From a virus: a stretch of DNA of 64,000 nucleotides. Position 1 is the first letter of the stretch, and the number at the start of each line of letters is the position of its first letter. The DNA is taken from IMG/VR virus record IMGVR_UViG_3300011113_000491, positions 1-64,000 of that record, one strand, 5' to 3'. The position numbers and the translations under genes were made by a program. Below the pieces are notes generated by a model. The model had not been told where the DNA came from, made no database searches, and saw only the letters and a list, made by a program, of their open reading frames with translations. Below, piece by piece: positions 14,101-23,313 of this stretch.

Positions 14101-16061
14101 TGATATACTGTGGTGCATGTGGAATTTCTACAACAAGAACCTTCAACATATGGATCTTGTGGCTGACAATTTACAGAAGAACAATTCGTTGCATTGGGTA
14201 AGAAAGTATCATTTCCACAGAACGCTTGATTTACTTGAGCTCCATTGTCTCCATAGCATTGTCCTACTGTTGTATCACAACACAATCCCAACAATTCAGG
14301 TTCACTTCCATCACATCCTATTCCACTATAAATTGGATTTGTTTGTGCAGAACCTTCACATGTGATATCAAATGGACCATACCATCTCTTACAGCATCTA
14401 TTTCCTGCTTCATTTTGAATTGCACAATTAGTACATCCAGTTGGACATTCTTGTTGCTCATATACTGCATAAGTCATTTGAAGACACTGACAAGTTCCAG
14501 CGTCATTAATCTCAGAATCAGTACCACAAGGAGATATACATGCATTTCCTATAAAATTACAAACATTATCACACGCTTCGCATGTTGCATTAACTTGTGA
14601 ATTGCCACAATACTTATTATTAAAATAATTGCTAACTTTATTAAGTTGATCTTGTAATGTATCGTTTTCTAAATTAGGTATAGCAGTTCTTGATAATTTT
14701 TCAACAACTTCGTCCCATCGTCTAAAAGTACAATCAGGACAACAATAACTTTCGTCCACAACAAATCTACAATCTTTGAAACTTGGACTACAGCACACAC
14801 CAAATGGAACTTCTGTGTATGGACATGATGTACTAGTAGAATCACTTGGTTTTATTACATATTTTTTAAATGCAGTATTTTGAGTAGTAGTAGTACAATT
14901 AATCGAATCACTAGGAACATCTGTGCATGTAAAAGTACCAGAACCATCTGTATAAGATGTTATTGATAAAGTTATGCTTGTGCTGTCTTGTTGTATTTCA
15001 AAAATACATCCTTCACCTTGACACAAAGAAGAATCAGCAGCACATGTTTTATTTGCAAAAACTGGTCCTGCCTGCGTTACATCTCCGTCGTAATTTGCTT
15101 GATATTGAGAAATACCATATCGTGTTCCAGTGCAATTTTGTTGTGTGGTTACACTGAAATTTCCTTGGTCATTGCATATTACAGGAAATCCTACAATGGC
15201 AGCAGCTGCACAGTTTCCATATAATTTAAATGTTTCTCCAGTTCTACACAACTGTGAACCTATAGTTTGCTCTGTATCATTTGGATTTAACCCATCCGTA
15301 TATACGCTGTAACAAGCACCAGTAGAATCTGTACATGTACCATAAACATCCGAATTAACACAAGTTACACAATTTCCTCCTTCTTGCCAAGTAGAATCTG
15401 GATCTAATTGTGTGCATTGAGATTGAGTTAAATCTGTTCTACAACAAGTACAGTCACCACTTTCATTGCAATTATAGCAACATCTACCAATTGGATCTTC
15501 TGGTTCATTACATTCTGGTAAAGTAGGATTATCTTTGCAAGGATCTGGTTCTTCTGTTACATTTGTAGTGTCTAATCCATAACAATAATTTCTTATTGTT
15601 TGTGAGTCTCCAGTTGTAGGACACGATCCCTGTGTCCAAATTCCACCAATTCTAGAACACTCACATTGTTCTACATTATCTTTTAACCCTACATTGAAAT
15701 ATAGAGGTATTGTTGTGTCCGATGATGTTTTTTCGCATCTATCTCCAGAATCAATTGGTGTTAAATTTTGATCGTTTATGAAATCTTGATAATTTTGACT
15801 TTCCTGAGCATACTTACATGCACAGCAACACCCTCTTTCGGTTGCCTGTTCACATGTAAAATTATCAATATCTGCTCCGGGGTAAAAAGTTCTAGTTACA
15901 ACGCTCAAAATCCCTTGATTTGAATAGCATTCATTCGCGGTAGTTTCGTATTTAGAATATTCTTGGGTGTTTGAATTATATTGGCAGCAAACACCCATTG
16001 ATTTTAATTCATCTTTAAAGTCAATTGCGGATTGTAGTCTAGATCTAAATTGTATTGTCAT
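8175..16061 (-). CDS. Giant Cys-rich GACC-repeat fibre/adhesin with C-terminal DUF1566-like domain
   Basis: 2628-aa ORF; many G(A/S/R/L/V)CC...C...C...C units; C-terminus FGDRFMGGYFIGVY...WVLIVS...DGFYNT...DFYIPSVEEM...FLTST...VRFMRRI. Confidence 0.8.
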   Translation of the reverse strand: MTIQFRSRLQSAIDFKDELKSMGVCCQYNSNTQEYSKYETTANECYSNQGILSVVTRTFYPGADIDNFTCEQATERGCCCACKYAQESQNYQDFINDQNLTPIDSGDRCEKTSSDTTIPLYFNVGLKDNVEQCECSRIGGIWTQGSCPTTGDSQTIRNYCYGLDTTNVTEEPDPCKDNPTLPECNEPEDPIGRCCYNCNESGDCTCCRTDLTQSQCTQLDPDSTWQEGGNCVTCVNSDVYGTCTDSTGACYSVYTDGLNPNDTEQTIGSQLCRTGETFKLYGNCAAAAIVGFPVICNDQGNFSVTTQQNCTGTRYGISQYQANYDGDVTQAGPVFANKTCAADSSLCQGEGCIFEIQQDSTSITLSITSYTDGSGTFTCTDVPSDSINCTTTTQNTAFKKYVIKPSDSTSTSCPYTEVPFGVCCSPSFKDCRFVVDESYCCPDCTFRRWDEVVEKLSRTAIPNLENDTLQDQLNKVSNYFNNKYCGNSQVNATCEACDNVCNFIGNACISPCGTDSEINDAGTCQCLQMTYAVYEQQECPTGCTNCAIQNEAGNRCCKRWYGPFDITCEGSAQTNPIYSGIGCDGSEPELLGLCCDTTVGQCYGDNGAQVNQAFCGNDTFLPNATNCSSVNCQPQDPYVEGSCCRNSTCTTVYQKNTGLYDYDLSTDTYTNIPDNEYTTCNRTFNTLPCTDEGSGTNPNICEPLYACCDHFTNSCQNNIPLDECVGPFLQVAKDSSGQPSNECPNCNFDVIDPNCDTLWQTFDKATTTKPDGTPCSTLSGAAANECICSQAVSCKGDGSGCNLVFLDWNTTDGTYTVNSGSSQYYNPDDGDVLLFFYPEGGCAGAALASWAGGNPYYSSATNVSEEKAGYGVCCTFNGLNCLSPDGPQTCNSSCNGSKVTKKYCQNKDGTYTSGSGLYARFIKSNFECKDILVYNADSGTSTSQLRLQKYDCDICAEVANNSYLYPGIELNTNPGTLPKNTKISYCQSCKVANPSTASSQTDIRYRDLFTFNDDANLPFNYNLVKNVGTVYVKTPTATPTASQNRCCQLPGNIYEDDNISWKTTIQQGWNEVRQVGSCGCNGFRNPDCVCNYDCEPDISEQYCPDDFPKRLCCNDQSEECYGILTQYQCSLQPNSKWYENIGDGQAECLPNQCKKGFCCAALGQCPCTGSGGDCLPGDLKLEQECDAGTWRSYPENRCSDNPHPCGEEERGRCCLYNTTDPVNDLRSGISSGPFCLSNITKAQCDGYVNTQYSGEVIQSSIWKKDATCQTLEFVWNASNNNIYTQSGAQPCVNRLCCALDDTTPSPNDLICRGITSNASCAEISGKRTIPNVSDCSITISGNVYPDRCGIGLCCTNTEFNNPGVGTTDELSECKGAAYLEQYYSPAEANSKCDWGACCKFDGTCERVRRIDCTDGTFFYNQVCGQSGVDSPCDLGAACNSGNCSQKQRGALLPGDVFHYNTPCTNPDGVPYCKGGYCCCSTPTVCNNGNQLGCSDNFVVKQDLGNTCPLSRFKQGFTTCTSAGCPEPTGSCCVSGSSGAGSCTDNITASACSQIPNGVWSLGTCANNCKGACCSSTGACTQVAYNQTCSGRYSGNLVPCIVNGVGVCKGACCIQAQQNCLQVYNTSDGKSASQNCSAAAAGSNNSYNDNTTCTESTCSGRCCKPTGCVYENKQDCCANGTCDNGTNFWGGIYLTSAAACPTTGQAAYPCRGACCSTTTCTVIQKNSCSGTFQGYGSKCTDLDADGVADACEGAAGACCLSTGGCSYVLPGNCTGTFNVGKTCSQVTCDPNVLCCDPTTQSCSTKKKSECTANNGQEVTTCNNCSGSCCQGDANGTCTDNVLQSNCTGTGVCGNKIFRYYGNITSTTSPNNCTNSPCPGALGACCSISRTSIPAVATCTNNVKQSDCVTDSLAYRYWNGCGTLCTSVNCNANFGACCKEDGSCQMTTKSICDIDPTAIFNGGKSCDDQPCYQATYFACILNVRETCPGTSGNPTSTSTLLCVDVPSSTPTLDDLGIPPDAEDFGGSGTNWRKQIGTCNGAPIYEYWSVNAPGEGSCQGGAAGGTSNLGLCVTCQEAFGLSYPQTTNCGQGACCIGGVCQDSLIAYECIYAGGTPYPLQNCSTITCPTGFASDLEGSCNYCCGCIDGVVRDCCYRTDENGAQVCSSQINDTSYKGVCNANTAYGSYCDTSLEIPQCVWYDDGSPVYSNRSCSNIGDCIHESVANREIVGSSLRILGSSSKECFVDKRIPRACCYMEYDESNIPLGITCTNVCTQRDCELKSTAVSNQIYIVNTSDGLAYDPSLVKYQTVYTSGALCNKSLLQNSSPHDCGVESAMMLLGGNIGFATRKKRVENVGTCFELIETDSGYDYKCYPTLKGICEQRNGHFVTLYDSDNRMCDSEYAPSNPVLDSNNILVPQTMTEQKFKSFNLSFGDRFMGGYFIGVYKPNQSLVYGSDPIELNSVGFKKSKISTKGSKDFDKGWVLIVSETSNKVRYFDLDTEDDKKLSINSLHDGFYNTYNIQTDSSRLYEKVKYKNKFGFMDFYIPSVEEMKFFASKIYDDSTNYFTYINKMHRDDIENSVFLTSTAFSNELINSIYFDTIDGTNFGRVIPVPAYGSKRWNVRFMRRIKLT

Positions 16062-16099
16062 AATGTCCTCATGCTATTTATAATAAAAAATATGATTAA

Positions 16100-19000
16100 T
16101 TATGCATTGGATTTTATGGGTTTTGGTTTTGCATTTACACCTAAAAGTTCACAATCACAGTTTTCATTAGTACCACAATTATAACAATTTTTCCAAATGC
16201 CGTTTTTGTTTCTACATTCACCACAAGTATATTTGCTGCAAGTATATTTTCCTGAACTATTCTTAATGCAGCAACATCCTGGAACTTTCATATCTTTAGT
16301 ACATGCAGAACAATCTGTACTGGAAGAACAATCTTGACCTCTACTCCATTTTATACCTGCTTTTACCTTCATGCATGTATTTTCATCGGTTACATCACAT
16401 GCTATACAATTTGAATAACCAGTAACTGTGTCATATTTTCTATAACAGCATCTTCCTAACTCTTCGTTACTTGAAACGTATGAATTTATTTCTCCATTTG
16501 GTCCGGTGCAATCTTCTAATTTATTTACTGAGTATGAATTTAAATCATCATTTATAATTGGAACACAATCTGAAACAAACATTCCGGTGTCTGTTTTTAT
16601 TGTAATCTTTTTATAAACTATATTATGATTTAATTTTAAAGTATCTACCACATTTGCTGCACCGCGTGAACTGCTACCAATTGGCGAACTTCTAGGTGGT
16701 AAGAAATATACACCAGGAGGTGCAGGATTCAATGGATCTTGATCTGACTGATTTGTTCTTTTATCACTCCAGCAATCTCCGCCGTCCCAGTTGTATTTTG
16801 GACAGTTCCATGCTGGCGTACAAGCACCACCACCTAGCTCGCCCGGCAAAGGATTACACACACCTAAGCAATTTAAAACTTCCCCATAAATACACACGCA
16901 ATCAGGAGCAGGTTGTTGTGGCGCATTGGGTCCACAACATTGACCAAATCCATAGTTAAATTGTTCACAATTAAAATTACCACAGCTAGAACCAGTCTTA
17001 GCATTTTTTATACTTCCATTCAAACAAGGAAATGGTGGCTGACCGTAACCAAAATCGGCGGGATCTCCATCTGTATTCTTCCAACAGTCATAAGAATCCT
17101 CTTCCCTTACACATAAACCATCACAATCCCTGATGAATCCCTGGCTAGGACAACCCTCTGGACTGGTTCTAACACAAGTATCACATTTTTCTGGAACAGA
17201 TGCATTTTCAAATCTAGGTGGCAAAACAGATGGACACAAACATGTTGGAGCAGTCGGACAATCACCAGCCTTAAAATTAACAGGAACAAAAGGTTCCTTT
17301 GTAGATGGTATCCAAGGTGCCCCTGGTGTTTTAGGATTTGTTCTATATCCTCCATCATTTTCTCTATCTGCTGGAATTCTCCAATCTTGTTGTTTACCTG
17401 TAGTTGGATTAATATAGTTAGGATCAGAAATCCATATAGACATACATCTGGTATTGCAGTTATTTGCAAAGTAAACAAGTCTATTAAAACACTCTGGTTT
17501 ACAGGAGTCTGAACAAGGCGGTTGCGAGTACTTTCCAGATGCAAGGGCTTTACCTTGAGGAGAAGTCGGAGGAGCACATGGTGCTATTTTTTCTATAGCT
17601 TGTCTATCTAAAACTAATTTATAAGGTGGATCCACCACATCTCCGTCTACCCAATTTCCAGATTTGTCTTTACATTTGCAACTAGCATTTCTACAACATT
17701 CGCTTCCAGAACTACAATCAGATAAAGAACAAATTCTTATTACAACTGGAGGACAACCATTACAGGGACAAGTAGCAGCATAATCCTCTTCGTTGCTTAA
17801 ATTAGGATTTGTACTTGGACTGAATAATTCATAACCCCCAGTGCACTTTTCCAAACAACATGCCTTGGGATCAAATTTACAGAAGTCTCCTCCTCCTCCG
17901 CTTCCGCCTCCTCCGCCTCCTCCGCCTCCTCCTCCTGACGGTGGTCCAGAAGGTGGTCCAGAAGGTGGTCCAGAGGGTGGTCCAGAAGGTGGTCCAGAGG
18001 GTGGTCCAGAAGGTGGTCCTGGCGGCCCCGGAGGTGGCCCCGGAGGTCCTGGCGGCCGCGGCGGCGGCCCAGGTGGCCGCGGTGGCGGCGGTGGTGGACA
18101 ATCATCATCCGGATCGCATGGTGGTGGCGGCCCCGGAGGTGGCCCCGGAGGTGGCCCCGGAGGTGGCCCCGGAGGTGGCCCCGGAGGTGGCCCCGGAGGT
18201 GGCCCCGGAGGTGGTCCTGGTGGTGGCCCGGGAGGTGGTCCTGGTGGTGGTGGTTGACAGTCTTCTCCTGGCGGACAGTCAGGACTACCAACACAGTTGC
18301 AATTCACATCATCACATGTGGTATCTTCGCCCATGAAAACACCACCTAAAGTTTCACACGAAACTGTTACATCATCTGAAAGATTTCCAAAAAGATATGG
18401 TGGATAAATTCCTTTACAGACACCATTAACGCAACATGCACCAGGTTTGACATTTGCGTTACAACAAACTTCTTGTGGAGAGATTATTGTATCTACAACT
18501 GCTCCTGATGCATCTTTATATTCTCTATTTCTTGCTTTACTGGGTAAAGCAACACCTTTTAGAATTTCCTCGCACTGTATTCTAGTAGTTCCTGAAATAT
18601 AAACTCCATTAACACAGCAAATAGTATATGGAGAAACTTGATCTGTTTCATCATCAATTATAACAGGACCTTCTATATTTTCATCTAATGATTTGTTCAA
18701 TGCACCTTTATAACGATTACATGGATCAGTGCAAAATCTTCCAGTTTCTCTTGGTTGTGCCCAATTTGCTCCGTCTGGATTGTTTGGATATGTTTGACAT
18801 GTTATCCCCGGAAAGAAAACTCCACCAAAGTAAAAACATTCATCTACTGTTGAATTTTCTAAACATTTACCAGCAGAACAACAAGCACCAATCTGGTTAC
18901 ATGTTTCGTTACAAGATAGATGGGGATTGAATTGACCAGATAATTTTGTACAAAACTCTCTAGAAACATAATCCACACATCTAGGTAAACTTTGATCTAG

Positions 19001-20089
19001 ATTTACACCTGAATTTGGAACAAGGTTACCGAGATTTTCATACGGAACACCATTTGGATATAGTTCTTTAATTCTATCAAAATCTAGAGTATTTGCAAAA
19101 TTATACGTCACATAGTTTGTATTAATTTGTATTCCTGTGTTAGTTTGTTCAAAACAACAAGATCCAAGTAATGATGTGACCTGACACTGGTTTGGATCAT
19201 TTAAATCTAATCCTCGCGCAGTTACTCTGGCTAACCAACTTTCTCCTGCATCATATGAAAACAAATTAACTACAGATTTGCCACATGTTAAATAATTTTC
19301 ATTACCTTCAAAATATACATTAGAGGGAAATTTCCAAACATCATCGGATGTAAATATAAAAGTTACAGATATTATTTGATTATTTTTAAAATCTCCAGTT
19401 ATTTCTGAAATACCAATAGGAGTTTTTAGTACATATACTCCACCAGCATCTACATTTATCTGTATACCTCCGGTTGTTCCTACACTGAATCCTTCTAATT
19501 CTCCATTAAGTCCTACTAGTTGATTTCTTTCTACAGGACCAATATATTTAATTTTTGCCTTTTCGCTCAAATAAGTATTACTAAAATTAAGCAATCCAGA
19601 GTAAGAAGAATCTGTTGCAACTTTAGTGCTACTTCCTACTCCCGGTTCTGAAATATACATTATGGTATCGTTGTATACCGTTCCTAAAGTACCAACACCC
19701 TCTTCGTATGTTGAATATAATGTTATATTATTAGAATCTTGTTTAACTTCTAAAGAACCAGTTGCAGTTAATCCTCTAAAGAACAATTCACCATTTACTA
19801 ACTCTTTAAAGAATTCTTGTCCAGTTCCAACATTTTTTGCAGATGTTACATTTTCCTGAACCGAATTACCTTTGAAGTTTCCTGTCACTCTTCTGGTACT
19901 TCCGTCAGTTAATGTAAAGGTTATTCCAGTTCCATCTGAAACGGCAGAAACAACATAAACTCCTCGCTCACCAGTTGCACCAGTTGAACCACTGATACCA
20001 GTGTTTCCTGTGTTTCCAGTTGCACCAGTTGGTCCGGTTGGACCTGTTATACCTGCTATTATAATTTGTGTGATTGAACTACTACCCAT
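16100..20089 (-). CDS. Collagen-like, Cys-rich GACC-repeat fibre protein with poly-Pro stalk
   Basis: 1329 aa; N-terminal GSSSI plus GXT repeats; GSCC/GACC units; (GPPP)n(GPPS)n tract; LNR-like WNCPKYNWDGGDC. Confidence 0.8.
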   Translation of the reverse strand: MGSSSITQIIIAGITGPTGPTGATGNTGNTGISGSTGATGERGVYVVSAVSDGTGITFTLTDGSTRRVTGNFKGNSVQENVTSAKNVGTGQEFFKELVNGELFFRGLTATGSLEVKQDSNNITLYSTYEEGVGTLGTVYNDTIMYISEPGVGSSTKVATDSSYSGLLNFSNTYLSEKAKIKYIGPVERNQLVGLNGELEGFSVGTTGGIQINVDAGGVYVLKTPIGISEITGDFKNNQIISVTFIFTSDDVWKFPSNVYFEGNENYLTCGKSVVNLFSYDAGESWLARVTARGLDLNDPNQCQVTSLLGSCCFEQTNTGIQINTNYVTYNFANTLDFDRIKELYPNGVPYENLGNLVPNSGVNLDQSLPRCVDYVSREFCTKLSGQFNPHLSCNETCNQIGACCSAGKCLENSTVDECFYFGGVFFPGITCQTYPNNPDGANWAQPRETGRFCTDPCNRYKGALNKSLDENIEGPVIIDDETDQVSPYTICCVNGVYISGTTRIQCEEILKGVALPSKARNREYKDASGAVVDTIISPQEVCCNANVKPGACCVNGVCKGIYPPYLFGNLSDDVTVSCETLGGVFMGEDTTCDDVNCNCVGSPDCPPGEDCQPPPPGPPPGPPPGPPPGPPPGPPPGPPPGPPPGPPPGPPPGPPPPCDPDDDCPPPPPPRPPGPPPRPPGPPGPPPGPPGPPSGPPSGPPSGPPSGPPSGPPSGPPSGGGGGGGGGGGSGGGGDFCKFDPKACCLEKCTGGYELFSPSTNPNLSNEEDYAATCPCNGCPPVVIRICSLSDCSSGSECCRNASCKCKDKSGNWVDGDVVDPPYKLVLDRQAIEKIAPCAPPTSPQGKALASGKYSQPPCSDSCKPECFNRLVYFANNCNTRCMSIWISDPNYINPTTGKQQDWRIPADRENDGGYRTNPKTPGAPWIPSTKEPFVPVNFKAGDCPTAPTCLCPSVLPPRFENASVPEKCDTCVRTSPEGCPSQGFIRDCDGLCVREEDSYDCWKNTDGDPADFGYGQPPFPCLNGSIKNAKTGSSCGNFNCEQFNYGFGQCCGPNAPQQPAPDCVCIYGEVLNCLGVCNPLPGELGGGACTPAWNCPKYNWDGGDCWSDKRTNQSDQDPLNPAPPGVYFLPPRSSPIGSSSRGAANVVDTLKLNHNIVYKKITIKTDTGMFVSDCVPIINDDLNSYSVNKLEDCTGPNGEINSYVSSNEELGRCCYRKYDTVTGYSNCIACDVTDENTCMKVKAGIKWSRGQDCSSSTDCSACTKDMKVPGCCCIKNSSGKYTCSKYTCGECRNKNGIWKNCYNCGTNENCDCELLGVNAKPKPIKSNA
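17890..18253 (-). repeat. GC-rich 12-bp tandem repeats encoding (GPPP)n, (GPPS)n and poly-Gly
   Basis: Plus-strand units ggccccggaggt and ggtggtccagaa repeated in tandem. Confidence 0.95.
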
Positions 20090-20091
20090 AA

Positions 20092-23000
20092 TTAATTTCC
20101 ATTAAAACCAAGACAAGACTTACATTTATCAAATTCGTAATCATTGTATATCGTATCTGTATTTATATCCCAAGAGTTGTATACCAATGGTATTCTTCTA
20201 ACTGGTCTAAATCTTGCCGCTTTTGAGTCTCTTCTCACAGTATATTGTTTTCCTGCTGCGCCAGAACTAAAATCTTGAATCGTCATCCCTACTCCATTAC
20301 AAATTTGTAAGGATAAATCTAGTGCTTCATCTTCTGTGAGTCCCATTTGATCCTTGTAATATCTACTTCTTTCATTTATTAATTCTTGTGAATCCTCTGG
20401 GTTTCTGTTTGGTTCTATTTTTTGAACAACATATAAATCTTTTTCTTTATGATTATTTGTATTCCAATCTACGATTCTACAGACAGAAGTTGAAGTCCAA
20501 TAAGGATTTGTTGATATTACTTGACCTCCAGTTCCCTCTATTGAACTATTAATTTTTTCCAAATTTCTAGCAATATGATTCATTTCTACTATACTTGGAA
20601 TGTACCAATCACTATATCCTAAATAATTTTGTTCATTTAATGACGATACTTTTCTTATTACGGTTCCCTCTGGGTTTCTATTTTCCCACATCTGACTGTA
20701 ATAATACTTAAACGTATTGATGTCTGTTTCTATTTCATTTTTATTTGCACCACCAGGCCATTGATTTATATTTTGTGAGACAAATCTTCTATAAGCATTG
20801 ATGTCTTTTCCGTCTCCATCGTCATCTCTAAACCAATACTCTGGGTTATTTTTTGATGTCGCATCGTGTAGTCTTGTATTCATTAAACCATCTATAGAAG
20901 AAGTTGATATTGGTTCTAAGAAATACTTACCATTAAAGTTTTCGCTTCCTGGCTCGACTCTAGACTCAAACATTTCAGACCACTTAAACATATATTCTGA
21001 ACTAGATCCTATTTCATAATATGCATCTTCTGGTGCAACAATTAACGCCCATAGAACTTGAACTCTGTTTTGTTCATAAAATTTACTATAAAGATATTTT
21101 GCTAATACCGCGCCAGGAGTCGGCGCTCCCATGATTTCTGTTACTATATTAGATCTGGTAGTATCAAATGCGTATGGACCATATTCTTTATTAAATTCGT
21201 CAGTAAAAGAGAAAAATGCAGGATCTGGCCATGTTATGGTTCTAATCGTTCCATTTAAATTTGCAGTAATTGATGTATAAAGTTGTTGTATTACAGGAAC
21301 ACCAACTTTGAACAAGCATTTTGCTCCAAAAGATACATCAGTTATTTGTAGAGGATATGTTCTAGAAATATAAACTAAAGAACCTGATGTATTTGGCACA
21401 CCATATTCATCCGATGTATATTTTTTACATCTTTTGAATTTCCATAATTTAAAATCTGCTCCTTGCTGATCTCCTCTGGGTCTACACATACAATCAACTG
21501 GTTCTCCATATGCAGTTGCTGGCTCCTGAAAAGTATCACAATTGTTTGGATTACCTATTATTGCTACTAAATGTCCACCCTGTATTTTTTTACCGGGAGT
21601 AAAACATGGATCATTGAAATTTGCTCTACACAAATTAGATTCTAAAGAATCTCCAAAGTATGGATTATTAAAACTAATACCACAACAAGAAACTTCAAAA
21701 CACTTTTTACCAATACCCATGAATGTTCCTTGATTTCTTGCACAAGTTTCTGGTAATTGTTCATCTACACAATATGTCCCGTCTTGTTGTGTATAATAAC
21801 AACATGGTCCAGAAAGAGCCCTAATTTCCCCCAACCCAACAGCAGCAGTACAACAATTTTCGTTTCCCCATTCAGCACAAGACAAACGAGCAGAAAACTC
21901 AGCATCTGGTATCAGGTTACATTCCACATCAGTAAGATCTAAACATTTTCCTTTTACACAACATGAACCATAACTAGGACATGCTCGTTCTTTTCCAACA
22001 CAAGAAAAAACTTCTTCTCCTGCAACTATACTATTACCACATCTTTGATTTGGATAAAACACTCCATTATATTTTAAACACAAATCATATGTTGTATTTC
22101 TACATAGATTGTTTAAATTTGAACTAGTAAAAAATGTATTCAGTGAGTTTATATTTCCAAGACAGCAAGCACCTTCAGGAAAACAATCACCATTGCCCAC
22201 TCTTGCTAAACATGAACTATTAGAAAATTGACCACCTATTGCAATACAATAACTCTTATGCATATAGTCTATACATTTTCTGTCTTCTGGATTTTCACTT
22301 GAACATAAACAACAAGATCCTATATCTAATGAATCAACAGTGGTTGCTAAATTGGTTGATGTTATTCCTGCCTCCGCAGCGTCTAACATTTGATCATTAG
22401 AAATTTTATTCCACGTTAATTGTGGAAATGTGTAATTTAGAGAGACAGCACCAGTTACTCCAAAATATAAACGATCTTGTATTTTTATATCTGTTTGATA
22501 TTCTGTTTGTGATCCTGCTAAATTTGTATATGTTCTTGGAGTATACTGTAAGATATAATTTCCTGAAACTGTAGTTGTATTTATTTTTGTTTGATATGAT
22601 CCAGTTCCTCCTGTAGCACTTAAAATATTAGAAGTAAATGGGGCAGTTACAAAAGAATTAAATACATAATTGAAATTATTAGGATTGAGCCAACTTCTTT
22701 GAGCATTTATTGGAGCAATTATAATTTTTGTAGAGGGATCGTAATAGGTTTCTCTCGCACCTCTACCCTTTCCAGATTCGTATTGATAAATTATTTCTCC
22801 AACATTTCCAATTGGTCTAAATTCTGTTACTTCATCAAAAACCTTTCCAACAATTGAAACATAATTTGAATTAGTAGTAACAGAATCAAATGCAGCAGTA
22901 TTGCTAACAAAGTTAATTTTCTTAAATTTTATAACTTCATCACTATCTGTTATCAATACTTGATTTGCATTACGTTCTCCAGAATTATCACTATATAAAA

Positions 23001-23313
23001 TACTAAAGGTATCATCTGTTGTTTGTTGACCTTTTAATAAAACTATAGTATTGGATTCTGGATCAAATGCTCCATCTGAACCAGTAAATCCTAAATTGAA
23101 AGTAGTTCCATCGGTTAGTGTAAATCTGGCAACACCATTAGATACAAAGGTTATTGTGGATATGCTAGTTCCTGTGTTTCCTTTGTTGCCAGGAGCACTA
23201 TTTCCTGTAGCACCAGTGGAACCAGTAGATCCAGTGGGACCGGTATTTCCAGTCATACCTCCAGTTGATCCAATTATATCTTTGATTATTATTCTTGAAC
23301 TACCGATAATCAT
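20092..23313 (-). CDS. Collagen-like, GACC-repeat fibre protein with C-terminal DUF1566-like domain
   Basis: 1073 aa; GSSRI plus GXT repeats; GSCC/GACC/GPCC; PGKKIQGGH...WALIVAP...DGLMNT...DWYIPSIVEM...YWTSTS...FRPVRRI. Confidence 0.8.
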   Translation of the reverse strand: MIIGSSRIIIKDIIGSTGGMTGNTGPTGSTGSTGATGNSAPGNKGNTGTSISTITFVSNGVARFTLTDGTTFNLGFTGSDGAFDPESNTIVLLKGQQTTDDTFSILYSDNSGERNANQVLITDSDEVIKFKKINFVSNTAAFDSVTTNSNYVSIVGKVFDEVTEFRPIGNVGEIIYQYESGKGRGARETYYDPSTKIIIAPINAQRSWLNPNNFNYVFNSFVTAPFTSNILSATGGTGSYQTKINTTTVSGNYILQYTPRTYTNLAGSQTEYQTDIKIQDRLYFGVTGAVSLNYTFPQLTWNKISNDQMLDAAEAGITSTNLATTVDSLDIGSCCLCSSENPEDRKCIDYMHKSYCIAIGGQFSNSSCLARVGNGDCFPEGACCLGNINSLNTFFTSSNLNNLCRNTTYDLCLKYNGVFYPNQRCGNSIVAGEEVFSCVGKERACPSYGSCCVKGKCLDLTDVECNLIPDAEFSARLSCAEWGNENCCTAAVGLGEIRALSGPCCYYTQQDGTYCVDEQLPETCARNQGTFMGIGKKCFEVSCCGISFNNPYFGDSLESNLCRANFNDPCFTPGKKIQGGHLVAIIGNPNNCDTFQEPATAYGEPVDCMCRPRGDQQGADFKLWKFKRCKKYTSDEYGVPNTSGSLVYISRTYPLQITDVSFGAKCLFKVGVPVIQQLYTSITANLNGTIRTITWPDPAFFSFTDEFNKEYGPYAFDTTRSNIVTEIMGAPTPGAVLAKYLYSKFYEQNRVQVLWALIVAPEDAYYEIGSSSEYMFKWSEMFESRVEPGSENFNGKYFLEPISTSSIDGLMNTRLHDATSKNNPEYWFRDDDGDGKDINAYRRFVSQNINQWPGGANKNEIETDINTFKYYYSQMWENRNPEGTVIRKVSSLNEQNYLGYSDWYIPSIVEMNHIARNLEKINSSIEGTGGQVISTNPYWTSTSVCRIVDWNTNNHKEKDLYVVQKIEPNRNPEDSQELINERSRYYKDQMGLTEDEALDLSLQICNGVGMTIQDFSSGAAGKQYTVRRDSKAARFRPVRRIPLVYNSWDINTDTIYNDYEFDKCKSCLGFNGN

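Noticed and set aside
8175-16061. Eukaryotic contamination as the source of the Cys-rich sequence
   Set aside because: Intron-free, SD-led, same AT-rich codon style, and tightly packed within T4-like gene order
17797-18336. Several overlapping ORFs in the repeat (Gly-rich, APEV, GHLR, TTFW)
   Set aside because: Shadow frames of the stop-free 12-bp repeat inside the 1329-aa gene
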